A DNA stretch of 30,959 nucleotides. Source: Chiloscyllium plagiosum. Taxonomy: Eukaryota. The position numbers and the translations under genes were made by a program. The stretch's first letter is position 1. Every line of letters starts with the position of its first letter. Shown one piece after another: positions 12,509 to 24,040 of this stretch. The stretch spans positions 99,027,794-99,058,752 of the forward strand of contig NC_057718.1 of assembly GCF_004010195.1 (NCBI RefSeq). The letters are read 5' to 3'. Below the pieces are notes generated by a model that worked only from the letters and a program-made list of their open reading frames with translations, was not told the origin of the DNA and did not search any database.

Positions 12509-12732
12509 AATGTTCACATCCAAATCATTTATATAAATGACGAAAAGCTGTGGACTCAGCACCGATCCTTGTGGCACTCCACTGGTCTCAGGCCTCCAGT
12601 CTGGAAAAACAACCCTCCACCGCCACCCTCTGTCTTCTACCTTTGAGCCAGTTCTGTATCCAAATGGCTAGTTCTCCCTGTATTCTATGAGATCGAACCT
12701 TGCTAACTGGTCTCCCATGGGGAACCTTGTAA
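12509..12732 (-). mobile_element. CR1 RT internal fragment
   Basis: Minus strand encodes KVPHGR...[20 protein letters not shown]...[22 protein letters not shown] sequence. Confidence 0.9.
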
Positions 12733-14029
12733 ATTCAGCCAGTTTAATTAGTTCATCTCACCACTGCATGTGCAGAATGTGTCTCGGTGTTTTGCATGAA
12801 GACCTCCAGACCATTATTAGGAAATCTTGATGTATGGTGTTGTGTGAGTTGATCTGCCTTTTCTTAAAAAGAAAACTTCAAAAGCTTCAAATAAGTATTT
12901 TGACACCACTTTGGACAACACACAACATATCTTCTGTTTTAAGAGATGTGGGTTACCTTTTAAGTAACACTAACCAATCACGGCACTGAATCGTCTGTCA
13001 ATGCATGCAGCCGTGAACAGCATGGGTAGCGCAGTTTGCTCACTGAAATTCTCAAGCGGCACAAATGTGGCATTCTGCATACACCATGAGCAGGTTAATG
13101 ACTTCTAAATCTGTGTTCAGCCTGATCCAATTCTCTCTCTATCGTGTTTCAAATTTGGAAAAATAACCAGTGCTGGACACTGAGTGCTATTTAAGTAGCC
13201 ACAATGTCTGTTAGTATTGCAAAGACCTTTTGAGGGGGTTGAAACAAAATAATGCTCCTTGACTGATGTGTTAATTGAAGTCATCGGTGTTTTATAAGGT
13301 AAGACACTAAGATGTTGCTTGCCCTGCGTGGAGAACCTAGAACACAGCGAAACAGATTTCTGAAAACAACGAGCAATGCTTATTGAAGGTCCTCTTTTAA
13401 CATTTTTAACAATTATAATGTAATAAAATACATTGCTGTAGGTGCCCATATTTGCATTGCATATTTCAATAATTACAATGACTTAATTAAATATTGTCTA
13501 TTTGCTGTGTCAACTCTGAAACTTACAGATTATGGCAGTGACACACCTTGGCTTGCTCGTATGAATATTAAATATTGTACCCAAGGCCCGTCTATTTCTT
13601 GTTAATGCAGCATATTTTCTATTTTACTGTGTATTATCAGTTACAGATTAGGCAGTTTTCTACCTTTGTACATTATACAGTGTATTTCCAGTTTAAAGGA
13701 AGATTATTAGTTTTCTAACCTTCCAAAGCTAATGGCCAGTCCATAGTTTTATGAATAGATATTAGAATTTTGGAGGGGCAGACAGTGCCTTTTCCCTATA
13801 GGCCCAGTGGGAAATACATCAGGATTAATTTCTTGAACCTATACTGCAACAATATTGGGATCTAAACTGTCAATCATGGATTGTAGCAGGGTTGAAAATG
13901 TATTTTTTTTTTTAATTTTACAGCAGGGTGTAACAACAATCTGATGAAGAAAACCAGATTGTGAAGCTACCAAGCACTCCTCAATGGAAGGAAAATCTGG
14001 GTAACATATAGTCGGCAGGATCAGGGACT

Positions 14030-14860
14030 GAGGCTTAATGGTTTCGACCTTTGCTATCTGAGACATGTCCTCAACATGTCTTTGCAGGACAAGATCATCA
14101 ACCTGAGAGTTGTGGACTCTAAATTTAGTCAGCGTTCATTTTTTAAAAAATTGATGACATGCAATGGCTAGGCTGTGTTCATGAGTAACAGCCATAAACC
14201 CAAAGACCTTCCATACAGTGAACTGGCCATTGGGTCATGACCTGCTGGATGTCCACACCTACCTTTCAAGATCACCAGCAAACAAGAATTGAAGGTGCAA
14301 ACATCAGCACATAAACTGCAACACAGTCGCAGACAGCAGAACCCTCTGGACACTGACTGCTCGAAGGGGTGAGAACAAACCAAAACACTCACCTGGTAGA
14401 GAGCACGGCCCAGATAAAAATTTGTCAGCAAATTCTGATATTTCTGAGCTAGCTATCTTTCGCATCAAATGAAGCTAAGACTGCCTTACTAAAGTGAGAC
14501 TTCTGAGTTACACCAGATGATGTTTAGCACAAAGTTGACAACCAAGGATGGCAATGGCTAGCACAAGGGGACATAGCTTTAATTTGAGGGGTGATAAATA
14601 TAGGACAGATGTCAGAGGTAGTTTCTTTACTCAGAGTAGTAGGGACATGGAACGCACTGCTTGCAACAGTAGTAGACTCACCAACTTTTAAGGGCATTTA
14701 AATGGTCATTGGATAGGTACATGGATGAGAATGGAATAGTGTAGGTTAGATGGGCTTCAGGTTGGTTCCGCAGGTCGGCACAACATCGAGGGCTGAAGGG
14801 CCTGTACTGCGCTATGTTCTAAGGTGCAAATTATCTACTCACAAGATCAGATGATGCCAT
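14030..14860 (+). mobile_element. Decayed RTE-clade LINE 3' fragment, split by a CR1 tail
   Basis: LNGFDLCYLRHVLNMSLQDKI and WLGCVH...PKDLPYSELAIGS*PAGCPHLPFK match the RTE C-terminal LRWLGHV..PKDLLYGEL..G.R..GRP motif. Confidence 0.8.
14548..14822 (+). mobile_element. CR1 3' end
   Basis: Encodes a STRGHSFNLRGDKYRTDVRGSFFTQ-like ORF2 end, then a UTR ending gaagggcctgtactgcgctatgttcta. Confidence 0.9.
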
Positions 14861-15197
14861 GGAAGATGTGGAAAACGTACCAATACTTTCAATGCTGCCA
14901 TAGGTCCATCACATCAGCAGAATATCATACACTTTAAGCTCTGAGAGCACATGCATATGTGAACTCTTAGTTTATAGTGCTGCTTGTGGTTTGTGTTATG
15001 TGGTGAACTCAAACATTGCTGATTTTGGCTGAGAGACTGCCAGTGAATTTTGTAGGTTGAATTTTCTCCTTGGTCTTAGTTACCTTGTGTTTAAAGCTAC
15101 CCAAATAAATTTTAATTTTAACAAATGTTGATGTATACACGTGTTTTCAAGAAATAAAATGGTTTGTTGTTATTATTGTTAGTATTATCCTCATTTA

Positions 15198-15292
15198 TTT
15201 GTGTAATGCATGATTTGTCTGGAGAGCACACAATACAGTACTTTTCACTGCATCTCAGTACACATGACAATAATAAATCAAAACAAATCAAG
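15198..15292 (+). mobile_element. LINE 3' tail remnant (Rex1/Babar-like)
   Basis: cttttcactgcatctcagtacacatgacaataataaatcaaaacaaatcaa: a gtgacaataa-type tail with a short terminal repeat. Confidence 0.5.
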
Positions 15293-17906
15293 GATGTTAG
15301 TGTTATCCAAAAGGCCAGATCGCACTCATGTACTAATGTATTGCATGCCTTTAATTATTGTGCTAAAGTCTTTAAGTTCTGTAGAAATATATTTTAAAGC
15401 AGTTGTTGCCATTTTCCAGCTGGTTTAGCTATCGATTTAGATGGACTGGAAACTACATTCAAAATGCATACAAAATGTCTCTTGTATTAAATAGAGGTTA
15501 CTGTGATGGGCAATCATCTGGTCTAAAAATAGCCTGTGACCACCTCATTACAAGATCTAATATTAAACACAGATTGTGACATTTTTATCGTCGGAAGTTT
15601 AAAAAAAAGGATATTTTAAGTACAACAATGCATTCCTTTTGATCACAAACTTCTGGAGCTATCTTTGTATCCCATTTTTTGTTTTCTAAAAGCTGCTTAA
15701 TTGATGCTTTGAGGAAGGATTGCTGCATCAGATTTAGTTTGCCATTACAAATGTTTCTAAAAGAGTTGTAGTGTTCTAGTTGAAGTACTTACAAAATTCT
15801 GACTTCATTTACAACACCTCTATCCTAAATGGAGACTGATTAAGTTTGAGAGCATAGAGGAAAATCACAAGAAATACATCCGTATTAGCTCAGTGATTGC
15901 TTGGACTTACATTCTGTGTCATGTCCTTTGGCTTTCCTTACAACAGCTTCCCTTTGTGGCTTATTTCCAGCCTGAGGGAGTTTACATAATTCTTTCAGTA
16001 GAATTTTCAGCAGTTCCCACAGTGTCTTTCAGTATCAAGGGCTGACTCATACTTGAGTCTTATAATTGAACAATTCTGCATCTATTTTGTGTGTTCGTTT
16101 CATGTTTTGTTTTGATTTAGAGCTACTCTGGGGAATGGGGGAAGAGAGAAACACTCACTTCTGACCTATCCAGACTGTGATCATTGTTTTAAGAACTTGT
16201 GTTTGTTAACTCTCTCAGCATTGCCTCAGCACAAACACTGTAACAAATGTACAGTGAGGCAAAATAACCTGTCACAAGTTTTACATTTAATGTTAAGTTT
16301 GGGATTACTGTGAGTGAGTAAGCATGCTGTGCATTTCCTTAATCTGTAATAGTATCAGAAATAGCATTTTCACTCACTAAATGAGAAATGTGTTTTGAAA
16401 GTTTGAAAGACCAATCCAGTAAAGGAGAACTTGGGAATTAATGTGGGGTCAGTTTGATAAACCTGTTTTGCATTAGTTTAGTTACACTTTTGGACAATTT
16501 ATGATATCTTACATAGAAATATACAAGTTTGAATAGTATGACAAACAATATAGTGTAATATGTTATGTTTCAACAATCAATGACCCATTATATGACATAC
16601 AAACAGTGAACTTCTCTTGTGATTTACTGATTTTGTTACACATTAAGAAATTAAGTCATGCATCACTGTGCGTTTGTGATATTGTTTATGCCTTTGCAAG
16701 TCTTAAGAGCTGCCTTCACTTTTGCACTATTTCAGAAGTGCTGTCAATAATTAAATACAGATACGCCCTTCTCTGGAGGCACATTGGTACCTGACAACAT
16801 TGTGGTGAGATATGCATTGTTTCTGTGTTGTTCCTTTTGGGCATGAGAGACATGTTATTACACTGGTCAGGGCCATTACCACATGCAATAATCGAATCAA
16901 GGGCTCCTCCATCTAGCAAAAAGGATCCTGCATTAATGGAGTATGAGCCATTTCAATCCACTTCAGAGGAGGCATGGATCAGCAGCACAAATCTTTTAAT
17001 TTGATGCTAATAGGCACTGAATGAATAGTCTCATTTGGAAAGTTTATGCAGCATGTCTGGTGTCAGAAATGACAATTGTTATACTGATGCATGGGATGCT
17101 CTTTTGTGATAGAGATTGAAACAGAATGGATGTGCCTGACTTTGTTCTGCATACATCTAGTGATTTAGCATACAATGTTTACACAAACACTGTACAATTG
17201 AGACTAACAGTTTAAGAATGTCGTGTTGAAAGTGAAAGCAATAATTACTGTTGAAATACACTATTTTGTCTTCAAAGATACCTGAATAGAATGTTTTTTA
17301 AAAATCTACTGTTACAATAAACTTGCTTGTTAACCTGTGTCTTTTCAAATTATATAAAAGTGAACTTTAGGATCAGCTGCATTATTGTACTATATCAGCT
17401 GGAGCTGCGGTGTGGCATCCAGCCAAATAAAGAAGATTCAATACAGTACAGCTGGTGCATTACAGCTGATGCTTAAACCTGATCTCCGCTCTCAAGTTTA
17501 GGGTTATAACCACCATACAAGGTAAAATGCAAAAAAAAAGTTTGATGGATTAAATAATCCATGTTAAAGTCATTACATGAACATTCTGGATAGATGAAAA
17601 CAATGTTGCAGGAGCTATTAAGTTTTTGTTTCTACTGTCTTAAAAGGCACAATTTTGCAATCATGTTTGATGATTCCAGTTCTCTTAAAATGCAAGCCGC
17701 AAAATGTGATTTTTATGAACCCAAGCTACACTGTACCCAGGAGCACTTGATGTTCACAATGGGTGACCTAAACAGAAAATTTTTATTTCCCAGTTAGTGA
17801 TAATAACCCTCTACCAAATGAGTGCAAACAATAATGATATAGAATAAGCAAATTTTTGTGCAGGTATGTATATTTTTTTTAATGAGATTCTGCATTTCTT
17901 TAATAG

Positions 17907-18013
17907 GGTATTGAGAATGGAACCTCCGAATACTTCACTGGTGGTTCAGAAATGAAAGAACTTTGCGATGTCTCTATTTCAACACAGAAGAAGAAAGAAG
18001 CCTTGAAACACAT
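17907..18013 (+). CDS. SLX4IP: SLX4IP penultimate coding exon (phase 0 in, phase 2 out): GIENGTSEYFTGGSEMKELCDVSISTQKKKEALKH
   Basis: Acceptor tttctttaatag ends at 17906 and donor gtatgt starts at 18014. 107 nt = 35 codons + AT. GTSEYF and KKKEALKH(I) resemble human GVSDYF and RRNALKEI. Phases fit both neighbouring exons. Confidence 0.9.
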
Positions 18014-19517
18014 GTATGTATCACCACCTAATTAAACTGAAAACTTTGCGCCCTGACTATAAAGCATCAAGTGTGTTGTCACAAAATAATAAGTAAATAT
18101 GCCAGTTTCACAGATTAAATTTGAAATATGTTGTGCTGGCAGTCACTGGTAATGCTCACTTTGATTACAACTGTACAATGTGCTTTGAAATATTAGTAGT
18201 TGATGTATTCTCTTCCATGGGAAGAAATTCCTTTCAAGCCTCTAGCCGCCTTCCTAATCCATGTGGTAATTTAGAAACCATGAAGAATCACAGTTGTACT
18301 GCTGGCATCTTGCTTCCCAGATTATCCCAGAGGAAGCTATAATCCCAGCACCGTCCAAATTCATACAGCTTCCATTTGTACTAGTGACTGCCATACATCA
18401 TAGGCTGCTATCTTTAAAAGGCTATAATTCCAGTTGTCAGCGAGAAAACTATGAATCCTAACGGTAAAGACATCGTCACCTCGTCCAGATTGAATTTAGA
18501 CCAGTGATTATTCTGTGACGTTTTATGGGATTTTTGAATATATTTGACTAATGAAAAGGATACAGTCATGTTTGATGCCAAAATGTTGATTTAGCATACC
18601 TGTTCAAGGTTAGAAATCCTCCGATCTGAACCTGGGAGAGAAATTAAATTTAAATATTCATTAACCAGGCCATAATTTTTTTTTCCCTGATGACTGTGTA
18701 TTATCAGGAAGTCAATAAATGAGGTACTGCCATCAAATTTCGGCACTGTAATGCTTTAAAATGACCTGTTGAGGTTTGCATAAATCAAAGGAAGCGATTT
18801 TGTAGCAGGTTTGATTAGTTGCTGTTCAGGCCAACTCCCAGACAAGGGGTGTGGCCAGGAATCAAGCCTCGAATTCTTACAGAATAAGAACAAAGACTCT
18901 TTTTGAGAGTTCAGTTGATGAAGTCCACTGACCAAACAGGTTATCTAAAGAAAAGAGCCATGAAGGTCCCTCCTTCTCCCTCGTCTGATCTAACGTTGAC
19001 TACAATGCATCAGCCCACCAACTTGGAATCTTTCATGTTAATCTTATTCTCACAGATGACAGTTATTTGGAGCAAGTGATGCTTTGTTACATTTGATACT
19101 AGCATGTGTTCTATAAAACTGCTTAACAATACATTTCTGGCCTAGTTTTGCCAAGTTTCTCGATCTTCAGAAAGATTAGGTATGAGGATAGGTGCCAAAA
19201 GAAGGAAGACCTTTTATGTGACTCATAGACAATCAATAGGACTGTTCAGCACCCAGAAGAATGTCTTCAGCAGAGCGCTAAATTTGTAATGATTCTCTTC
19301 TGCAATGGCCATCAATTTTACAAAAAGTTAATTCTATAATGTGATTATAAATTCTGCAAAGTATTCATTTACCAACTCAGCTATTAATGACTTGCAGACC
19401 AAAACCCAAGCATCCTTTTTCTTGTTGATTATTTTAAGAGGTGTAATAACAGATTGTAGTTAGAGGTAGCAGTAGCCCAATCAATAGTACATTGGGCTCA
19501 ATAGAAATGGCTATTAC

Positions 19518-20642
19518 GAGGGCTCATTCAGAAAGTTGGGAGGTATGGGATACAGGGAAATATGGCTGTCTGGGTACAGAATTGGCTAGCCGAAAGATGA
19601 CAGTGAGTGGTAGCGGATGAACAGTAATTCCACCTGGAGCTCATTGACGATGGTGTCCTGCAGAGATCTGTTCTTGGATCTGTGCTCTTTGTAGTTTTTA
19701 TAAATGACTTGGATGAAGAAGTGGAAGGGTGGGTTAGTAAGTTTCCTGATGACACAAAGGTCGATGGTGTTGTAGATAGTGTTGAGGGCTCTTGCAGGCT
19801 ACAACAAGATGTTGACAGGATGCAGAGCTGGGCTGAGCAGTGCCAGATGGAGTTCACCCTGGATAAATGCGAAGTGATTCATTTTGGAAGATTGAATTTG
19901 ATTGCTGAATACAGGTTTAGAGACAGGATTCTTGGCAGTGTGGAAGAACAGCAGGATCTTGGGGTCTACATACATAGATCCCTCAAAATTGTCACCCAAG
20001 TAGATAGGGTTGTTAAGAAGGCGTATGGTGTTTTGGCTTTCATTAACAGGGGAATTTGAGTTTAAGAGCTGCAAGGTTTTGCTGTAGCTGTATAAAACCC
20101 TGGTTAGAAATGAATCTTCCAGCTCAGCGAGCAAACCTACAACCAAAACCTCAACCTGAGCTACAAATCTTCTCAAAACTGGTTAGACCAGACTTGGAAT
20201 GTTGTGTCCAGTTCTGGTTGTCTCATTATAGAAAGGTTGTAGATGCTGTAGAGAGGGTGCAGAGGAGATTTACCAGAATGTTGCCTGGATTGGAGGGCTT
20301 GTCTTATGAAGCGGTTGAATGAGAGCTAGGGCTTTTCACACTGGAGAGAAGGAAGAGAGAGAGGTGACTTGATAGAGATGTACAAGGTAATGAGAGGCAT
20401 AGATAGAGTAGATAGCCAGAGACCTTTTCCCAGGGCAGAAATGGCTGTTACAAGGGTTCATAATTTTAAGGTGATTAAGAGGAAGGTTCTTAATAGGTGC
20501 GTGGAATGCACTGCCAGCGATGGTAGTAGAGTCAGAGACATTAGGGACATTTAAGTGACTGCTGGACAAGCACATGGACAGCAGTAAATTGTTGGGTGTT
20601 TAGGTTAGGTCGATCTTAACAACATCGTGGGCCAAAGTTCTA
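19518..20642 (+). mobile_element. CR1 LINE 3' part (RT and 3' UTR)
   Basis: LFVVFINDLDEEVEGWVSKFPDDTK (FADD mutated), DKCEVIHFG, ERVQRRFTRMLPGL and a CR1 UTR. Confidence 0.93.
20109..20178 (+). mobile_element. 70-nt insertion in CR1 with 9-bp TSD, probably the extreme 3' end of another PLE family
   Basis: ctggttaga at 20100-20108 and 20179-20187. Removing the insert restores LYKTLVRP. The family call is from memory. Confidence 0.65.
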
Positions 20643-21189
20643 AATTGAACAGCTAGTTACTGGGAACTAACTAATTTAGACAAACTGCTAGTATATTTTT
20701 GAGCAAGTTTCTGGTTTCCTACAGCCTAAAAATAAGTTGGTGTTTTCTATAGTCTAGACTATGATACTGAAAGCCAGTATAAAATTGCTGAGCATCTCTC
20801 CCCTCTTTTAAAATGATTGTCACTTACCCCTTGAAAGAAATCCACATTCCAAACCAACTTCTATGAATGACGTCCACTCTGACATTGACTGTCATGTGAT
20901 TTCCTTTCTCTTCCTCAATCTTGCAATTCTTTTTCTGTCTTCCTTTGCAGTGATACCTCAGGAATCCCTGAAGAATTTTCTTGGCCTTTCCTTTATATGC
21001 TGTCATGTGGTGATGCTATCCACAAGTGTGGAGTTAACTATACCCCTCAAATGGTTCACTCAGTCTTGTGATCACATCTGTGTTATTAGGCTTCACATTC
21101 TAAATCTAGTCTTGGATGAGTCATGACTTCCTTCAGTATAACAACAAAAAGACTGAACCATGATTTGCTGTACATTTCAGCTGGAGCCT

Positions 21190-21552
21190 AAAAGAATAAA
21201 AGATAATCTTATTGAAAGTTATCAGTTTCCAAGGGGAGATGGCATAGTAAATGCTGAGAAGATGATTCCCCTTCTGGGAGAATCTAGGACGAGAGGGCAC
21301 AGTTTAAACATAAGGGGTTTTCCATTTGAGACAGAGGTGAGCGGAAATTTCCATTAGTTTCTTGCAACACATTTCTCACAGAGTAGTGCAGGCTGAGCCA
21401 TTGAAATATTCAAAATTTGAATTAGACAGATTTTTGATATACAGAGGAGTCGAGCATTGTGGAAAGGTGGGGTTGGGGTCTGATCTGATCAAATGGTGGG
21501 CTGGGCTCAATGGGTCAGATGGCCAACTGCTGCATCAATACTTTTAGTTCTT
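21190..21552 (+). mobile_element. Older CR1 3' end
   Basis: NAEKMIPLLGESRTRGHSLNIRG..F.TE followed by a UTR with gatctgatcaaatggtggg...ggccaactgctgc. Confidence 0.8.
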
Positions 21553-21867
21553 ACATGTCTTTGTTCATTTTGGTTCAGTAAGACTATGCATTTCCTTTAC
21601 CTGCTGTTGGAACCTGAGCTTCAAATCCCATATTCTTTATGTCATCACCACTATTTACTTTCACTAGTACATGTTTGGTTCCCTCTGTCTTGATCTTATC
21701 CCTTGTAATATTGAAACTATTGTGTGTTATATTGGTATCTCCAGAATAAATCACTCCAGTGTTCTCTTTTATGGTTCCTTTCATCTACATTTGTAAACAT
21801 TCTACTCTGCAATAAACTATGCTACATTCCTATTTATAGCTCTACCATAGTTCTTGAGCTCCAAAAC

Positions 21868-22190
21868 ATTAAACTTAAAATTGTCGTCCTTGTCCTCGAG
21901 TTCTTTCGTGGTCTTCTCCTACCATACCACTGCAAGCCTCTCCAAATTTACTCTCCCTCGTGCATTCTTAAGTCTTCCGACTCTGGCTGTCAGATCCCCC
22001 TGCCCCACACACCCCACCTCTCTGGCCTCAGAGCTTTCATTTGCTAGGCTCTTCTGACTTTCAGAAAGCTTAACTTTTCTTCCAAGCCATTAATTATTGT
22101 CCCTAATTTCTCTCCCAACTCCATGTTCTGTTTCTACTCTGTGAATTGCCTTGGGACATTTTCAATGCTAAAGGCTTTTTCTTGTATTGC
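21868..22190 (+). mobile_element. L2 LINE 3' end
   Basis: KLKIVVLVLEFFRGLLLPY..LKSSDSG resembles L2 FKILILVFKSLHGLAPPYL..LRSS. Tail ctctgtgaattgccttgggacatttt...taaaggc. Confidence 0.7.
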
Positions 22191-22802
22191 TATTGATAGA
22201 ATCCCAGGCTGCAGCACCACAAGCAGGCGAAACTGTAGGTGAGAACTTTGTCAATTGCTAGTAGACTCAACTGAAATTCCTGAGACCGGGAATACGCTTG
22301 TTCCACACCACATTTTTGAAATCTTGAGCAAGTTAAATTTCGAAGTCTTTTATCTTTACCAGAATCAGCCTTAAGTATGTCTGTACAGGAACATAACATT
22401 CTGCTGCTTCATATTAAGTATTCAGAGTACTAAAATATTGGAATTTCCAATTATGGCCACAAATAAAGACTCAAAGCGTTTTTTTTTAAATATGTTTTCT
22501 GTTTAAAGAAGTACTTTTAATAGAAGGATTTTTTTTGGTTCATTTCAAAAACAAGCTTTCGCTTGTTAACCCCACAAAATGTACTTCCTGCTTTTGCTTT
22601 TGTACTTAATATAAAATTTATGTGAAATAAGTATTAGTTTGCACAGCTGGAAACATCTGAATTATGGGCACCAAAAATAATTAAGATTGACGTTTGGATA
22701 GTTTTGAGGGAGTTTTCGCAAGCATAAAATAATTAAATGAATGTTTTCCATCTGGATGACAATGGATACCTTAATTCTTACGGGAAATTCTATGTTTTTC
22801 AG

Positions 22803-23649
22803 TGTTGAAAAGTCTTGTCACACGAAAATCAGAAATTTCAACAAATCTGAAGCTAACACTTACTTGCCAAAAGTATTGCACACTGTAACAGAAGATGAGC
22901 AGGATGTAGCCCAATCTGCTACAGGTTTCAAGCAGGAGATTCAGGATATAAATACTGGAAGAACAGAAGATTGTATGAACTCAGTTCAAAGCAAGTTATT
23001 ACTTCCTGTCATAAAATTGGAAAAATATATTAACAAGAGACAGCCAGCTCAAGAGAACTGCCAACAACAACCTCAATCTATTGAACAGCTGAAGACAGGT
23101 TTGAAAGGCACAGTGGGCGGTAATGAGTCAGCACTGCAGGATCCTAAACAAAGTGAAGTAAACACAAAAATACCAATGCAGCGAAGGAAAGACTCCTGTT
23201 CAAATGAAGCAGATAGTGCCAAGAAGATTGTTTTAACAGAGACTTCAGCAAACCTCTGTGAGATTACAATGGAAGTGAATTCTCTCGAGTCTTTAGGAAA
23301 ACCACCTGTGAGAAAAAAGCTTTTAAATCATAATTCGAATCGTAAAAGGTCAGTCAAAGGTAAACCCAACAGACTTGACCCCTCAAAAGAAATTGGAGGT
23401 GAGCCATTGTTTTCATTAGGCAATTCTCCCCAAGACTTTTGCTTCACGGATAAACATAAAAAGAGAAGATTAACAACAAGAACCAAACAGATTAGAAAGT
23501 CAGAGAACGCGCCTTCATGTCCTTCTGACTGGAAATCTGTGAAATCAGCAAAAGTTACAGCATCGGTAGAAGTTGAATCTGATGTAGAAAATATGCCAAG
23601 AAAATCTAGACTTCGAAGGCCTAAAAAGACTGGAACTGCCAGGAATTAA
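22803..23649 (+). CDS. SLX4IP: SLX4IP terminal coding exon (long, likely disordered C-terminus ending in a basic tail), stop TAA 23647-23649
   Basis: Acceptor tgtttttcag ends at 22802. AT+T gives Ile, then VEKSCHTK. This is the longest genuine ORF in the window. LPVIKLEK and EQLKTGL resemble human LPVQKLEK and ERLKTGL (recalled). Confidence 0.92.
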
Positions 23650-24034
23650 GTTGTCATGTGACAGTCACTAATTGCCATTGGAGTGTTTGGATAAATGAGG
23701 TCATTTTATAAAAACACATCACTTTTAAAATAATTAAGATGCCAGTGGCTTTGCATATTCTGGGCTCAGACTTGTAATTTAATATTAAATTCATTACAAA
23801 TGGATAACTTGCCTTTTAATTTTAATACATTTCTCTCTTTATAACCTTGATTGGCAACTTGAAAGCTCAGTTTCTTCGCATTTCTGGTCCTTTGTAATTT
23901 GGTGTTAATCCCATTAATGACAACTTAAAAAATTGATCAGAATCCATTTGTAAATTATTTTAAAATGACTATTTCCTGTCTTAGTGATCTTCATATAAAT
24001 TCAATTCTTAAGCTGTTTCCTCCTTGTATTTCAT

Positions 24035-24040
24035 AATAAA
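24035..24040 (+). promoter_or_regulatory. Candidate proximal polyadenylation signal AATAAA for SLX4IP (alternatives at 24941-24946 and 25648-25653)
   Basis: First AATAAA I see after the stop codon, with T/G-rich sequence downstream. Usage cannot be determined from DNA. Confidence 0.4.

Noticed and set aside
13900..13990. Strong acceptor ttttaattttacagcag as an extra SLX4IP exon
   Set aside because: Stops in all three frames within about 45 nt, adjacent to an RTE remnant, and not needed for the reading frame.
22741..22802. ATG-started 5' part of the 302-aa ORF as a single-exon gene
   Set aside because: These 62 nt are intron ending in the acceptor AG at 22801-22802. Homology and phase link 22803 to the upstream exon.
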